From: Candidatus Cloacimonadales bacterium
GTDB lineage: Bacteria; Cloacimonadota; Cloacimonadia; Cloacimonadales; JAIOQZ01
Length of the DNA: 64,000 nt
NCBI GenBank assembly: GCA_963674825.1
Contig: OY771587.1
Coordinates: 2,240,001-2,304,000, forward strand
Direction of reading: 5' to 3'
Part shown: positions 10,349 through 20,331 of the stretch, piece after piece
Numbering within the stretch: position 1 is the stretch's first letter
Layout of the letters: each line of letters starts with the position of its first letter
Translations under genes and position numbers: made by a program
The notes under the pieces: model-generated
Told to the model about the DNA's origin: nothing
Seen by the model: only the letters and a program-made list of their open reading frames with translations
Database searches by the model: none

Positions 10349-11320
10349 ATGAAAGAGAAAAAGGAAATTGCAGTCGGTGGACAAGCTGTGATCGAAGGGG
10401 TCATGATGCGTGGTCCCGAGTACATCGCAACCGCAGTTCGTAGAGAAAGTGGAACGATCGAGCTAAGCCGCGATCGATTCGAATCCAGGACCAAGTCTCA
10501 TCCCATCCTCAAGCGACCGGTTATTCGTGGTTTCGTCTCGCTCATCGAGATGTTGATCATCGGATATAAGTCACTGACCTTCTCTGCGAATCGCTGGGAA
10601 CTGGATAACGTAGAGGAAAACGCCAAAGAGAAGTCCGAGAGCCGTAAAAAGGTGGAGGAGTTCTTCAGCTTTGCGTTCGCGATCGTGTTGGCGCTTGTGC
10701 TATTCGGATTCGTTCCGTACCTCATCAGCTACTTTCTGAAGCTAGGTAAGGAAAATCTATATTTCAACCTCGTTGCCGGAATTATCCGAGTGATCTTCTT
10801 TGTGGGATACGTATGGATTATCAGCTTCCTGAAGGATGTCGGCAGGCTGTTTGAATACCACGGCGCAGAGCATAAATCGGTGTTCGCCTACGAGAACAAC
10901 GACAGCCTCACCCCGAAGGATATACAGAAATACACCACGCTACACCCGCGTTGCGGAACCAGTTTCATCTTTTTCGTTCTGTTGATCTCGATCCTCGTGT
11001 TCACGCTGGTCGATTTTGCTGTTGCGAAAATTATTGGTTTCCTGCCGTCGTTTGCGATCCGATGGTTGTATCATATCCTGCTTATACCGTTTATCTCTGG
11101 AATATCCTATGAGGTGCTGAAGATGTCAGGCAAGAAGCAGAACAACTTCTTCGTGAAGATAATGATGGCACCAGGACTCGCTTTGCAACGTATAACGACA
11201 AGACAGCCAGACGATAGCCAGGTGGAAGTGGCCGTTTGCGCCATGAAAGCCGCGCTGGAAATGGATTTACCCGACAACCTAGAATATACATGGATTCATG
11301 ATGATAGAAAACATACCTGA
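10349..11320 (+). CDS. DUF1385 membrane protein
   Basis: [26 protein letters not shown] motifs; usual rpmE-DUF1385-prfA context. Confidence 0.9.
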   Translation: MKEKKEIAVGGQAVIEGVMMRGPEYIATAVRRESGTIELSRDRFESRTKSHPILKRPVIRGFVSLIEMLIIGYKSLTFSANRWELDNVEENAKEKSESRKKVEEFFSFAFAIVLALVLFGFVPYLISYFLKLGKENLYFNLVAGIIRVIFFVGYVWIISFLKDVGRLFEYHGAEHKSVFAYENNDSLTPKDIQKYTTLHPRCGTSFIFFVLLISILVFTLVDFAVAKIIGFLPSFAIRWLYHILLIPFISGISYEVLKMSGKKQNNFFVKIMMAPGLALQRITTRQPDDSQVEVAVCAMKAALEMDLPDNLEYTWIHDDRKHT

Positions 11321-12377
11321 AGAAAAGATTAATGAACTGATCAAAGAACACGAGACGCTCAAGATACGCATTATCGACCCCGCAGAAATGCAGGATCAAA
11401 GAGGCTACGGTAAGCTCAGCAGAAGGCTGAAAGAACTTGATAGGCTTGTAACGTGCTGGACTGAACTCAAAGAACTCAAGCAAACAATGGAAGACAACCG
11501 TGACCTCATGCATAACGCGGAAGAAGAAGAGTTACGCGAGATGGCTGCCGAGGAAAATGAAGAACTCGAGCAGGAATACGAGAAGAAGTTCGAAGATCTC
11601 AAGCAGATGATGACGCCCAAGGATCCTAACGATGACAAGGACGCGATTGTAGAAATCCGTGCCGGAACCGGCGGGGACGAAGCGGCGTTGTTTGCAGCGG
11701 ATCTATTCCGTATGTACCAGTATTTCGCGGAGCGCCGTGGCTGGAAGCTGCAAATCCTCTCATCCAACGCGATCGAACTCGGCGGGTTCAAGGAGATATC
11801 CTTCTCGCTTTCGGGTGAGAATGTTTATGGCATCATGCGTTTCGAGAGCGGAGTACATCGCGTGCAGCGAATTCCTCAGACCGAATCGAGTGGACGTATT
11901 CACACATCTGCCATATCGGTCGCAGTGCTTCCCGAGGCCGACGATGTCGATATCGAGATCAACGATAACGATCTTCGTATTGATGTATATCGCTCATCCG
12001 GTCATGGTGGACAGAGTGTTAACACTACCGACTCCGCTGTACGTATCACGCATATACCGACGGGTCTTGTGGTTACATGCCAGGACGAGAAATCGCAGCA
12101 CAAGAACAAAGCGAAAGCGCTCAAGGTCTTGCGTGCAAGGCTACTTGACCAGGAGATCGCGAAACACGAAGCCGAGATTGCACATCAGCGGAAATCACAG
12201 GTGGGAACCGGCGACCGCAGCGCGAAGATTCGTACGTACAACTTTCCGCAATCGCGCGTGACCGATCATAGAATAAATTTGACATCCTACAAGCTTAACG
12301 CTATTCTTGTTGGCGAGTTAGATGAATTCACCGATGCCCTGAGATTGGCATACAACAACGAGAAGATAAATAACTGA
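11298..12377 (+). CDS. prfA: Peptide chain release factor 1
   Basis: GGQ motif, PQT (PxT) RF1 specificity loop, IRTYNFPQ. Confidence 0.97.
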   Translation: MMIENIPEEKINELIKEHETLKIRIIDPAEMQDQRGYGKLSRRLKELDRLVTCWTELKELKQTMEDNRDLMHNAEEEELREMAAEENEELEQEYEKKFEDLKQMMTPKDPNDDKDAIVEIRAGTGGDEAALFAADLFRMYQYFAERRGWKLQILSSNAIELGGFKEISFSLSGENVYGIMRFESGVHRVQRIPQTESSGRIHTSAISVAVLPEADDVDIEINDNDLRIDVYRSSGHGGQSVNTTDSAVRITHIPTGLVVTCQDEKSQHKNKAKALKVLRARLLDQEIAKHEAEIAHQRKSQVGTGDRSAKIRTYNFPQSRVTDHRINLTSYKLNAILVGELDEFTDALRLAYNNEKINN

Positions 12378-12378
12378 G

Positions 12379-13629
12379 ATGTTTCTACTATACCTGTTTC
12401 TGTTTCTGTTTTTCTTCGCGTCGGCGGCATTTTTTGCCGGACTGGAGACTGGTCTCGTATCGATTGACAGGCTAAAGCTCGAGACCGAAGCGAAGACGGA
12501 TAATCGCAAGAACTATCTGCAGAAATTCACGACCAATCCAGATTTGACCTTCGGATTGACGCTGATCGGTACCAATATATCCCAGGTTATTGTCTCTACC
12601 ATTTTCACTGCCTACTTCATTAAGAACTGGCTCCACATCGATGAGAAGCTTGGTTCACTCATTCTTGCCGGCGTGGTATTGATCTTCGCTGAGATCATTC
12701 CAAAGGCGATTTATAGGGATTATCCGGATAGACTGGTCATGAGTTCCTATCCGTTTATCAGGATCGCTCATTTCATTTTGAAGCCATCAATAAACGTGAT
12801 TTCCTGGTTCAATAATCAGCTTGCGCGGTTACTGAAGGTTGAGAATGGAATGCATGTTCTAAGCCGTGACGACCTCTCCTATATCTTCTCTGAGACAGCT
12901 TCTTCGAATGCAATACAGCAGGATCAGAAAGAGATGCTCGAAGACGCGCTGGAATTCAGCGAACTCGTAGCCCGCAATGTGATGATTCCCCGTATCGATA
13001 TCATTGCCATCGATGCGGATTCGCCACTGGATCACGTAATAGAGATTGCCCGGAAAGAGGGCTACACACGTTATCCGGTCTATGAGGACAGCCTCGACCA
13101 TGTGATTGGCATCTTGATTATTTACGATCTTATCGATCGCGATAAGAGCCAGAAGCAGACAGCTCGCGATTTTCTTAGAGACGCGTTCTTCGTGCCGGAG
13201 AACATGGATGTAGATGTCCTTCTCAAGGAGATGCAGACACTCCGAAAATCGATGGCGATCGTTGTCGATTCCTACGGAGGTACGGCCGGTCTTCTGACTA
13301 CCGAGGATATTCTGGAAGAGATCGTCGGTGAGATCGAGGACGAGTACGATAACGAAGAAGACAAAGATGTCGAAAAGATTGATGATCATACATATATTGT
13401 TAAGGGTTACGTCGAAGTCGATGACCTGATCGATGTCTACGGGATCGATCTTCCTGACGAAGGGGATTACGAGACCCTGGCGGGACTGATCATCGATAAA
13501 ATTGCTCGCATCCCGGCAAGAAACCAATTGATCCGGATTGGTGCCTGGAACGCGCAGATCATGCAGGTCTCCAGTCGAAAAATCATCAAGGTCAAGCTTA
13601 CTCGCAAACAACAGAAAGAACAATCATGA
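12379..13629 (+). CDS. Hemolysin/CNNM family protein (DUF21-CBS-CorC)
   Basis: SAAFFAGLET, FAEIIPK, CBS pair, VVDSYGGTAGL.T.EDILEEIVGEI.DEYD. Confidence 0.9.
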   Translation: MFLLYLFLFLFFFASAAFFAGLETGLVSIDRLKLETEAKTDNRKNYLQKFTTNPDLTFGLTLIGTNISQVIVSTIFTAYFIKNWLHIDEKLGSLILAGVVLIFAEIIPKAIYRDYPDRLVMSSYPFIRIAHFILKPSINVISWFNNQLARLLKVENGMHVLSRDDLSYIFSETASSNAIQQDQKEMLEDALEFSELVARNVMIPRIDIIAIDADSPLDHVIEIARKEGYTRYPVYEDSLDHVIGILIIYDLIDRDKSQKQTARDFLRDAFFVPENMDVDVLLKEMQTLRKSMAIVVDSYGGTAGLLTTEDILEEIVGEIEDEYDNEEDKDVEKIDDHTYIVKGYVEVDDLIDVYGIDLPDEGDYETLAGLIIDKIARIPARNQLIRIGAWNAQIMQVSSRKIIKVKLTRKQQKEQS

Positions 13630-14831
13630 TACGAATAAAGACCAACCTGCTGAATCCGGTTTCGCCGGGCTCGGCACAGTTGCAGCGTAACTGCGTTCTG
13701 ACCATTCATGACGGACGAATCCACAGTATTACGGAATCAGGCGAATTCGATCTCGATTACAGTGATTGCGTCTGCACACCCGGATTTATCGACGCGCATG
13801 TGCATCTATCGCAGTACCATGTGCGTGGCATGCACGCTCCGCACCTGATCAAGTGGCTGGAAACCTATATCTTCCCGGAAGAGGCGAAGTCCTTTGACCC
13901 CGTCTATGCCAGAAAGACAGCAGAAGATTTCTTCGACGCGCTGATTAAGGCCGGCACTACTACAGCGGTGATCTACGTCTCTGCATCGAAAGTGGCGACC
14001 GATATAGCGTTTCAGGTAGCGCAGGAAAAAGGCGTTCGGGCGATTATAGGCAAGGTGATGATGGATGTGAATTCACCGGAGGCCTTGCAGGAGGATCCGA
14101 TCCAGTCCATGAAGGACAGCCTGGAACTTTACGAAAAGTGGCATGGCAAGACGGCCCTTCTGGATTACGTTTTTTCTCCTCGATTCGCGCCTGTTTGCAG
14201 CAGTGGATTGATGCGCGAGATCGGCCAGGAAGCTTCCAGGCGGAACGCATATATTCAGACGCACCTCTCCGAGAACCATGACGAGATTAAATGGGTGCGG
14301 GAGCTTTTCCCACAATGCAAATCCTACACGCACGTGTACGACAGAGCAGGGCTTCTGACGGATCGTACGTTGCTGGGCCATTGCCTGCATCTGTCCGAGC
14401 AGGAGATCGAGTTAATCAAGGAACGAGATTCGAAGATTATCCATTGTCCCGATTCGAACTTCTTCCTTAAAAGCGGCGCTTTCCCGTGGAAACAAATAGA
14501 GGCTGCTGGTGTCGATTTTGCGCTTGCAAGCGATGTTGGTGCTGGAACAACACTCTTGATGCCAGAGATCATGAAAATGGCCGTCTATCGTCAGGATTTC
14601 TCGCTTACGCCGGAAGAAGTTTTCTACCGTGCGACAGTATCAGGAGCGAAGGTGCTTTCACGAGAGGGAGATCTTGGTCTCTTGAAAGAGGGTATGCTGG
14701 CGGATATGGTATTTCTGCGGATGCATGATTTGGACGGGAAAACTGAGAATGAACTACTTTCTCAGATGATCTACTTGACGGATTTACGGCAAATCGTAGC
14801 TGTTTACGTCAATGGGGTGCAAATAAACTAA
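13626..14831 (+). CDS. guaD: Guanine deaminase-like amidohydrolase
   Basis: PGFIDAHVHLSQ, SPRFAP.CS, QTHLSEN, HCPDSNFFL.SG, SDVGAG. Confidence 0.8.
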   Translation: MIRIKTNLLNPVSPGSAQLQRNCVLTIHDGRIHSITESGEFDLDYSDCVCTPGFIDAHVHLSQYHVRGMHAPHLIKWLETYIFPEEAKSFDPVYARKTAEDFFDALIKAGTTTAVIYVSASKVATDIAFQVAQEKGVRAIIGKVMMDVNSPEALQEDPIQSMKDSLELYEKWHGKTALLDYVFSPRFAPVCSSGLMREIGQEASRRNAYIQTHLSENHDEIKWVRELFPQCKSYTHVYDRAGLLTDRTLLGHCLHLSEQEIELIKERDSKIIHCPDSNFFLKSGAFPWKQIEAAGVDFALASDVGAGTTLLMPEIMKMAVYRQDFSLTPEEVFYRATVSGAKVLSREGDLGLLKEGMLADMVFLRMHDLDGKTENELLSQMIYLTDLRQIVAVYVNGVQIN

Positions 14832-14861
14832 ATATAGAACGTTAAATGACTTGGAGGTTGA

Positions 14862-16526
14862 ATGAAACTTGTCGAATGTGTACCGAACTTCAGTGAAGGC
14901 AGGAACAAGGGTATTCTCGATGAAATCTCGAACGCGATCCGTTCAGTTGCGAAAGTGACGCTTCTGGATGTCGATCCGGGCCAGGATACGAACCGCACCG
15001 TCTATACGATGGTTGGCGAGCCGGACGCGGTTGTGGAAGCTGCGTTTCAAGCGATTAAAAAGGCTTCCGAGCTGATCGATATGTCTAAACACTCCGGCGC
15101 ACATGCGCGTCAGGGCGCTTGCGATGTCTGTCCTTTCGTTCCGGTATCCGATATGACCATGGACGAATGTGTCGAGCTGGCAAAAAAGCTTGGCAAGCGC
15201 GTCGGTGACGAGCTGGGTATCCCTGTTTACCTCTATGAATATGCCGCGAGCAAGCCGGAATGGAAAAACCTGGCAGTGGTTCGCAAGGGTGAATACGAAG
15301 CGCTTCCCGAGAAAATGAAAGACGACTACTGGAAGCCCGATTTCGGTCCGCAGACGTTCAATAAAAAATCCGGTGCAACCGCGATTGGTGCGCGTGAATT
15401 CCTGATCGCCTATAATATCAACCTGAATACTCGCGACAAGAAGAAGGCGCATGACCTGGCGCTCAGCATTCGAGAAAAAGGCAGAGTAAAGCGTGACGCC
15501 AAGGGTAAGATCGTAAAGGACGAGAACGGCGAGAAAGTGTACGAACCTGGTTTCTTTACGGAATGCAAGGCTGTTGGCTGGTACATCGACGAATACAACC
15601 GTGCGCAGATCAGCATAAACCTGACCAATTATAAGATCACTCCGCCGCATTTGGTGCTGGATAAGGTACGTGAACTGGCATGGGAGAAGAATATTCAGAT
15701 CACTGGTAGTGAGCTTGTGGGTCTGATTCCCAAGGACGCCATGATTATGGCTGGTAAATATTACCTCAACAAGCTGGACGAGAGCCCGGGAATCCCTGAT
15801 CGGATGATTATCGAAACCGCGATTCAATCGTTGGGACTCGAGGATCTTGGCCCGATCGATGTCGATAGCAAGATTATCGAGTATGCGATCGAGAATAAGG
15901 ACAACCTGGTGAACATGAAGATCAATGACTTCATGGATGAGCTTTCCAGCGATTCACCGGCCCCCGGTGGAGGAAGCGTTGCCGGTGTATGTGCCGCACT
16001 TTCCGGTTCTCTCTCCGCGATGGTGGGTAACCTCACTGTCAACAAGAAGGGTTACGAGAAGGTGCAAGCCGATGTGAAGGAAGTGGCAGAGATTGGTCAG
16101 CAGATCAAGCTCGATTCGCTCTATCTTATTGACAAGGATACCGATGCGTTCAATATCATGATGGATGCTAACCGTCTTCCCAAGAAGACCGACGAAGAAA
16201 GCGCCATTCGCGATCAGGCGATCGAAGCTGCGACGCAGAACGCGATCCAGATTCCACTCGAGACCATGAAGATCTCGCTCGATGCGGTCAAGCTGGCACA
16301 ACGTGTATCCGGCGTTGGTAACTCGAACGCGCTTTCAGATGCGGGTGTTGCGGCGATTACCGCTAACGCCGCCTGCAAGGCTGCCTATCTCAATGTCATG
16401 ATCAACATGGCCGGCATCACCGATGAGGCGTTCAAGACCAGAACCGTCGAAGAGGCGAAACAGATCTTGAACGAAGTGAATCAAATCGCGCTGGCAGTTG
16501 AAGAAGATGTGAAATCCAGAGTGTAA
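14862..16526 (+). CDS. ftcd: Bifunctional glutamate formimidoyltransferase / formiminotetrahydrofolate cyclodeaminase
   Basis: ECVPNFSEGR, GAH.R.GA.DVCPFVP, C-terminal SPAPGGGS cyclodeaminase domain. Confidence 0.93.
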   Translation: MKLVECVPNFSEGRNKGILDEISNAIRSVAKVTLLDVDPGQDTNRTVYTMVGEPDAVVEAAFQAIKKASELIDMSKHSGAHARQGACDVCPFVPVSDMTMDECVELAKKLGKRVGDELGIPVYLYEYAASKPEWKNLAVVRKGEYEALPEKMKDDYWKPDFGPQTFNKKSGATAIGAREFLIAYNINLNTRDKKKAHDLALSIREKGRVKRDAKGKIVKDENGEKVYEPGFFTECKAVGWYIDEYNRAQISINLTNYKITPPHLVLDKVRELAWEKNIQITGSELVGLIPKDAMIMAGKYYLNKLDESPGIPDRMIIETAIQSLGLEDLGPIDVDSKIIEYAIENKDNLVNMKINDFMDELSSDSPAPGGGSVAGVCAALSGSLSAMVGNLTVNKKGYEKVQADVKEVAEIGQQIKLDSLYLIDKDTDAFNIMMDANRLPKKTDEESAIRDQAIEAATQNAIQIPLETMKISLDAVKLAQRVSGVGNSNALSDAGVAAITANAACKAAYLNVMINMAGITDEAFKTRTVEEAKQILNEVNQIALAVEEDVKSRV

Positions 16527-16547
16527 CAGCTCAGTTTACCATATTAC

Positions 16548-16582
16548 AACCGCGGATGAGGAGACTTGTCCGCGGTTTTTTT
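16548..16582 (+). terminator. Rho-independent terminator
   Basis: AACCGCGGA...TCCGCGGTT followed by a T run. Confidence 0.75.
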
Positions 16583-16595
16583 GTCTTCAGTTGAG

Positions 16596-16685
16596 ACCCT
16601 CACCCCAGCCCTCTCCCATTTCATGGGCGAGGGGGTAGGGAAACCCCATCCCGGTCTTCCCCTTTGGAAAAAGGGCAAGGGGTAG
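16596..16685. repeat. Two tandem GC-rich palindromic REP-like units (CCCTCACCCC.GCCCTCTCCC...GGG.GAGGG type)
   Basis: accctcaccccagccctctccc-atttcat-gggcgagggggtag, then a degenerate copy accccatcccggtcttcccc-tttggaaaaa-gggcaaggggtag. Confidence 0.6.
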
Positions 16686-16870
16686 AGAGTGCTGTTTACA
16701 GATGGTGGTCACGCCGGCATATATTTCCCAATTTATGATCTATCATAGCGGAAATTGTCTAACACCACGTCTTCGAAGTGGATGAACACGGCTGCTCGGG
16801 CTTGAACGAATCTGCTGCGTGGAAAAGCACTAGAGCGAAAGAATGGAGTATGGGTGCGTAACGTTTGTGA

Positions 16871-17770
16871 TTATCCCAGCCACCAGATGAGGATGGGGAA
16901 GTAGATCATACCGGTGAGGATGGAGAAAGAAACCAGAGATGCCGCGAATTTTTCGTCGAGATTCTCCATGACCGAAAAGACCAGAGTATTGTAGCCGACA
17001 GGTGCTGCACAGCACAGAATGACGATTTTACTGAGAACGCCTTTCCATCCGAAGATGGAACATATACCGATACCGACCATGAATCCCCCGAGACTGCGGA
17101 TCAGCATTGCCGGAAGGATGTGTTTGATCGATTGCAGACGTGGTTTGAAGTAAATGCCCAATGATAGCATCACCAGCGGTGTGATCATCGCACCAAGCAG
17201 CTTCAGCCATTCCGAGGCTATCTCCGGCAAGGGTAGGTGGAGGACGTTCCAGAGCAGTCCGCCGAAGAGCGCCCAAACGGGCGGCAACCCGAAAATCTTC
17301 TTCCAGGGGACTTTCCCTTCAGAACCCATTCCGTAGCGTACCGCGAGAAAATAGCAGAACGCGAAGGTCATAAAGCCGTTGCCGAGGTTGTAAAGCGAGA
17401 GATAGGCCATGCCTTCTTCGCCATACACAGAAATGACGAACGGAATGGCGAAGGCAATGTTCACGATGAGGCTTCCGACGATGAAAGAGCCTCGTCGTTT
17501 GCGGTCCATATTCAATCTTCTGGTGGTAAGATAGCTGATGCCCCAGATCACGATGTAGGTACCGATTGCGACCAATGGCAGGCAAAGATGGTGGGGTTCA
17601 AGCTCGATCGTAGCGACCGATTCGAAGGCATAAGCAGGCAGCGCGACGTAGAGTACCAATTGCAGGAACAGCGCCGCGCTGCTTTCATTGAAAAGCTTGA
17701 TTTTACGAAGGAATATCCCTAGTATGAACGTACCAATAATCGGTAGCAATTTGATAAGGATACTCAGCAT
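16871..17770 (-). CDS. AEC (auxin efflux carrier) family transporter
   Basis: About 10 TM helices; YVALPA, N.AFAIP, PLVMLSLG, AAPVG motifs. Confidence 0.85.
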   Translation of the reverse strand: MLSILIKLLPIIGTFILGIFLRKIKLFNESSAALFLQLVLYVALPAYAFESVATIELEPHHLCLPLVAIGTYIVIWGISYLTTRRLNMDRKRRGSFIVGSLIVNIAFAIPFVISVYGEEGMAYLSLYNLGNGFMTFAFCYFLAVRYGMGSEGKVPWKKIFGLPPVWALFGGLLWNVLHLPLPEIASEWLKLLGAMITPLVMLSLGIYFKPRLQSIKHILPAMLIRSLGGFMVGIGICSIFGWKGVLSKIVILCCAAPVGYNTLVFSVMENLDEKFAASLVSFSILTGMIYFPILIWWLG

Positions 17771-17779
17771 CGAGTGTTG

Positions 17780-18985
17780 TTAATTCCTGTGTCTGCGCGG
17801 AACCGTGAACCGCTCTGAATCAATTGTGACGCCCAGCATACCCATGGTTACGGGGGCATCGCCGATAACATCCGACATGATGCCGAACGATACATCAGCG
17901 ATTGATGACTTGATGGTGAAGCCACCGGTTATAAATGCCTGGTCGTTGTCTTCAATAAGACCGTAGTCATAGCCCTCAGCTGGGTAGTACGGGTTCTGGT
18001 TTCCGCCGAATCCGCCATCCGGGTAGTCATATTCGCCGGTGAATACGCCGGGAACATACATGAAGCCGCAACGGAGGGTGGAGTACATATAATCGTACTC
18101 GAAACCGAGTTTCATGCGGGTGCGATCGTCGAAATCGTCGGCCTGCTCGCTGCAACGTTCGTATTCGATATCGGCGGCAGCGCGAAATTCTTTGTAGCGA
18201 AAGAGCACTCCCGCTGTGAGGACGGACGGGAAGGTCACGTCGTATTTCTCATCGTTATCGAGATCGAAGGTCTTGGTCGTCTTCGGCATGTAGCTTGCGC
18301 CGATTGTGACAGACTTGAAGTCGTACTGGAACCCGGGCTGGAAGCGGAATGCTGTCTCCTGGACATCGGTTCGATTGTTCTGGTAATAGTACCGGTAGTC
18401 ATCCAACGTGTAGATGCAGTAGTGGACGTTAAGACCGAGCCGAAGATTATTGAACGCATACGATGTTGCCAGTGATAACCTCGATTGCACATATGATGGC
18501 TCGAGTGTGTAAAAAGAGTCGTCGCTCATCTCACGGGTGAAGTCCATGTACTCCAGAGATTGATCCATGGAGTAGCTGAGCCCGACTGAGAGACCATTTA
18601 CAGGCTGGAATCCGATGCCGACATAGGCGAATGGATTGTTTGACTGGTAACTTTGCAAAGAATTGGTCTCGTAGATGCTTGTGGCATCGTGCTGGCGGAA
18701 CCGGGTATGATTCATCTCTTCCATATCGGTTTTATGGATGAATTCAAAGTGGAAAGTCGTCAGTTCGGTGGTGAATCCCGCCGGATTAATCATGGCGTTT
18801 TCCACGCCTTCCTGGAAAGCTGCGCCAGTGTTGCCGCGTCCCATGGCGTTGATGTTCAGGTAGTTACGAGAGTACTGGTCGTAAATGCACTGCATGAATT
18901 CAGGTGCAGTGTATTGGTAGCGGTCCAGGGCGACCACTTGCAGGAACATGCTCAGAACAAGAAGAATAAGCATGCTGCGTTTCAT
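17780..18985 (-). CDS. Outer-membrane beta-barrel protein, FadL/PorV-like
   Basis: Signal peptide; AMGRGNTG....NPAG plug motif; alternating aromatic strands. Confidence 0.6.
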   Translation of the reverse strand: MKRSMLILLVLSMFLQVVALDRYQYTAPEFMQCIYDQYSRNYLNINAMGRGNTGAAFQEGVENAMINPAGFTTELTTFHFEFIHKTDMEEMNHTRFRQHDATSIYETNSLQSYQSNNPFAYVGIGFQPVNGLSVGLSYSMDQSLEYMDFTREMSDDSFYTLEPSYVQSRLSLATSYAFNNLRLGLNVHYCIYTLDDYRYYYQNNRTDVQETAFRFQPGFQYDFKSVTIGASYMPKTTKTFDLDNDEKYDVTFPSVLTAGVLFRYKEFRAAADIEYERCSEQADDFDDRTRMKLGFEYDYMYSTLRCGFMYVPGVFTGEYDYPDGGFGGNQNPYYPAEGYDYGLIEDNDQAFITGGFTIKSSIADVSFGIMSDVIGDAPVTMGMLGVTIDSERFTVPRRHRN

Positions 18986-18996
18986 AAAATACCCCT

Positions 18997-20250
18997 TCAT
19001 GTACGGTAAATGGTTTGTTTTCTGTCAGGTCCAACCGAGATGACGGTGAACCGGATACCGATCACCTCTTCCAATTTCGCTATATATTTCTTTGTGTTTT
19101 CTGGTAACTGGTCGTACTCGCGAATGGTGGAGATATCCTCACGCCAGCCATCCATCTCGATGTAGATGGGCTCGGCGTGTTCGAGGTCTTCCGCGTTGAA
19201 CGGCATTTCGCGCGTGCTGATCCCTTCAATGCAGTAGCCGATGCATATCTTGATTTTATCGAATCCGCTGAGAACGTCCAGCAGGGTGATCGCACCGTCC
19301 GTGAGGCCGTTGATCATGGCGGTGAAGCGAGCAGCAACGGCGTCGAACCAGCCGCAGCGTCTTGGTCGGCCTGTTGAAGCGCCGTATTCGTGGCCCTGCT
19401 CGCGGATGCGGTTTCCTGTCTCGTTATTGAGTTCGGTGGGGAAGGGACCTTCGCCAACGCGCGTCGTATAGGCTTTGTAAACGCCAAGGATGCGGTCGAT
19501 TTTGTTTGGTGCGAATCCGCTTCCTGCCGATATACCGCCGGCGGAAGTGTACGATGATGTCACGAACGGGTAGGTTCCGAATCCGACATCCAGAAGCGTC
19601 CCTTGTGCGCCTTCGAACAGCAATTCGCGACCTTCGCTGTGGAAACGATCCAGCAGGTACGGCACCTGTGCAAAATATGGTTTGAGCCTTTCGCCGGCAG
19701 CGAGTAGCTCAGTGATTACGTTATCGATGTCTTGTGTATCTTTCTTGTGGAATGCATAAATACGTTCGAGTCTGGCTCGGAGTTGGACTGGATTTGTGAG
19801 ATCGATGATCTGCGGAGCAATACGCGATGCGCGATCGGCGTAGGTTGGCCCGATACCGCGTCGGGTCGTGCCGATCTTTGTCTGACCAACAGAGTCCTCT
19901 CTGCTGGAATCGAGTTCTTTATGCAGAGGAAGAACCAGGGTTGCGCGAGGATCGATGAAAAAGCGTCCTTCAAACGACAGACCGCGGCTGCGCAGTTCGT
20001 CCATCTCCTGAAGAAGCATGATCGGGTCGATCACGGTTCCTGCTCCCAGAAAACAATTTTTCTCGGGATAGAGCATTCCGGATGGAACCAGATGAAACAC
20101 AAACTTTTCGCCATCCTTGATGATGGTGTGACCTGCGTTGCTGCCTCCCTGAAAACGGATAATGGCATCCGCCTTTACTGCCAGGGCATCGACGATTTTG
20201 GCTTTGCCTTCATCGCCCCAAAGGCATCCCAGTACTGCTGTTACGGACAT
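18997..20250 (-). CDS. purA: Adenylosuccinate synthetase
   Basis: WGDEGKAK, GGSNAGHT, EGAQG, TGRPRRCGWFD. Confidence 0.97.
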   Translation of the reverse strand: MSVTAVLGCLWGDEGKAKIVDALAVKADAIIRFQGGSNAGHTIIKDGEKFVFHLVPSGMLYPEKNCFLGAGTVIDPIMLLQEMDELRSRGLSFEGRFFIDPRATLVLPLHKELDSSREDSVGQTKIGTTRRGIGPTYADRASRIAPQIIDLTNPVQLRARLERIYAFHKKDTQDIDNVITELLAAGERLKPYFAQVPYLLDRFHSEGRELLFEGAQGTLLDVGFGTYPFVTSSYTSAGGISAGSGFAPNKIDRILGVYKAYTTRVGEGPFPTELNNETGNRIREQGHEYGASTGRPRRCGWFDAVAARFTAMINGLTDGAITLLDVLSGFDKIKICIGYCIEGISTREMPFNAEDLEHAEPIYIEMDGWREDISTIREYDQLPENTKKYIAKLEEVIGIRFTVISVGPDRKQTIYRT

Positions 20251-20331
20251 AATCTCTCCTAAGTGTATGGATACACCATTCATACGACGGAAAGAAATGA
20301 TGTCAAGCAAGGAAACGAGGAAACTTGCCCA

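Noticed and set aside
16700..16830. Possible DUF559 endonuclease remnant next to the palindromic repeats (- strand ...VFIHFEDVVLDN...)
   Set aside because: Similarity is too short and weak to support without a search.
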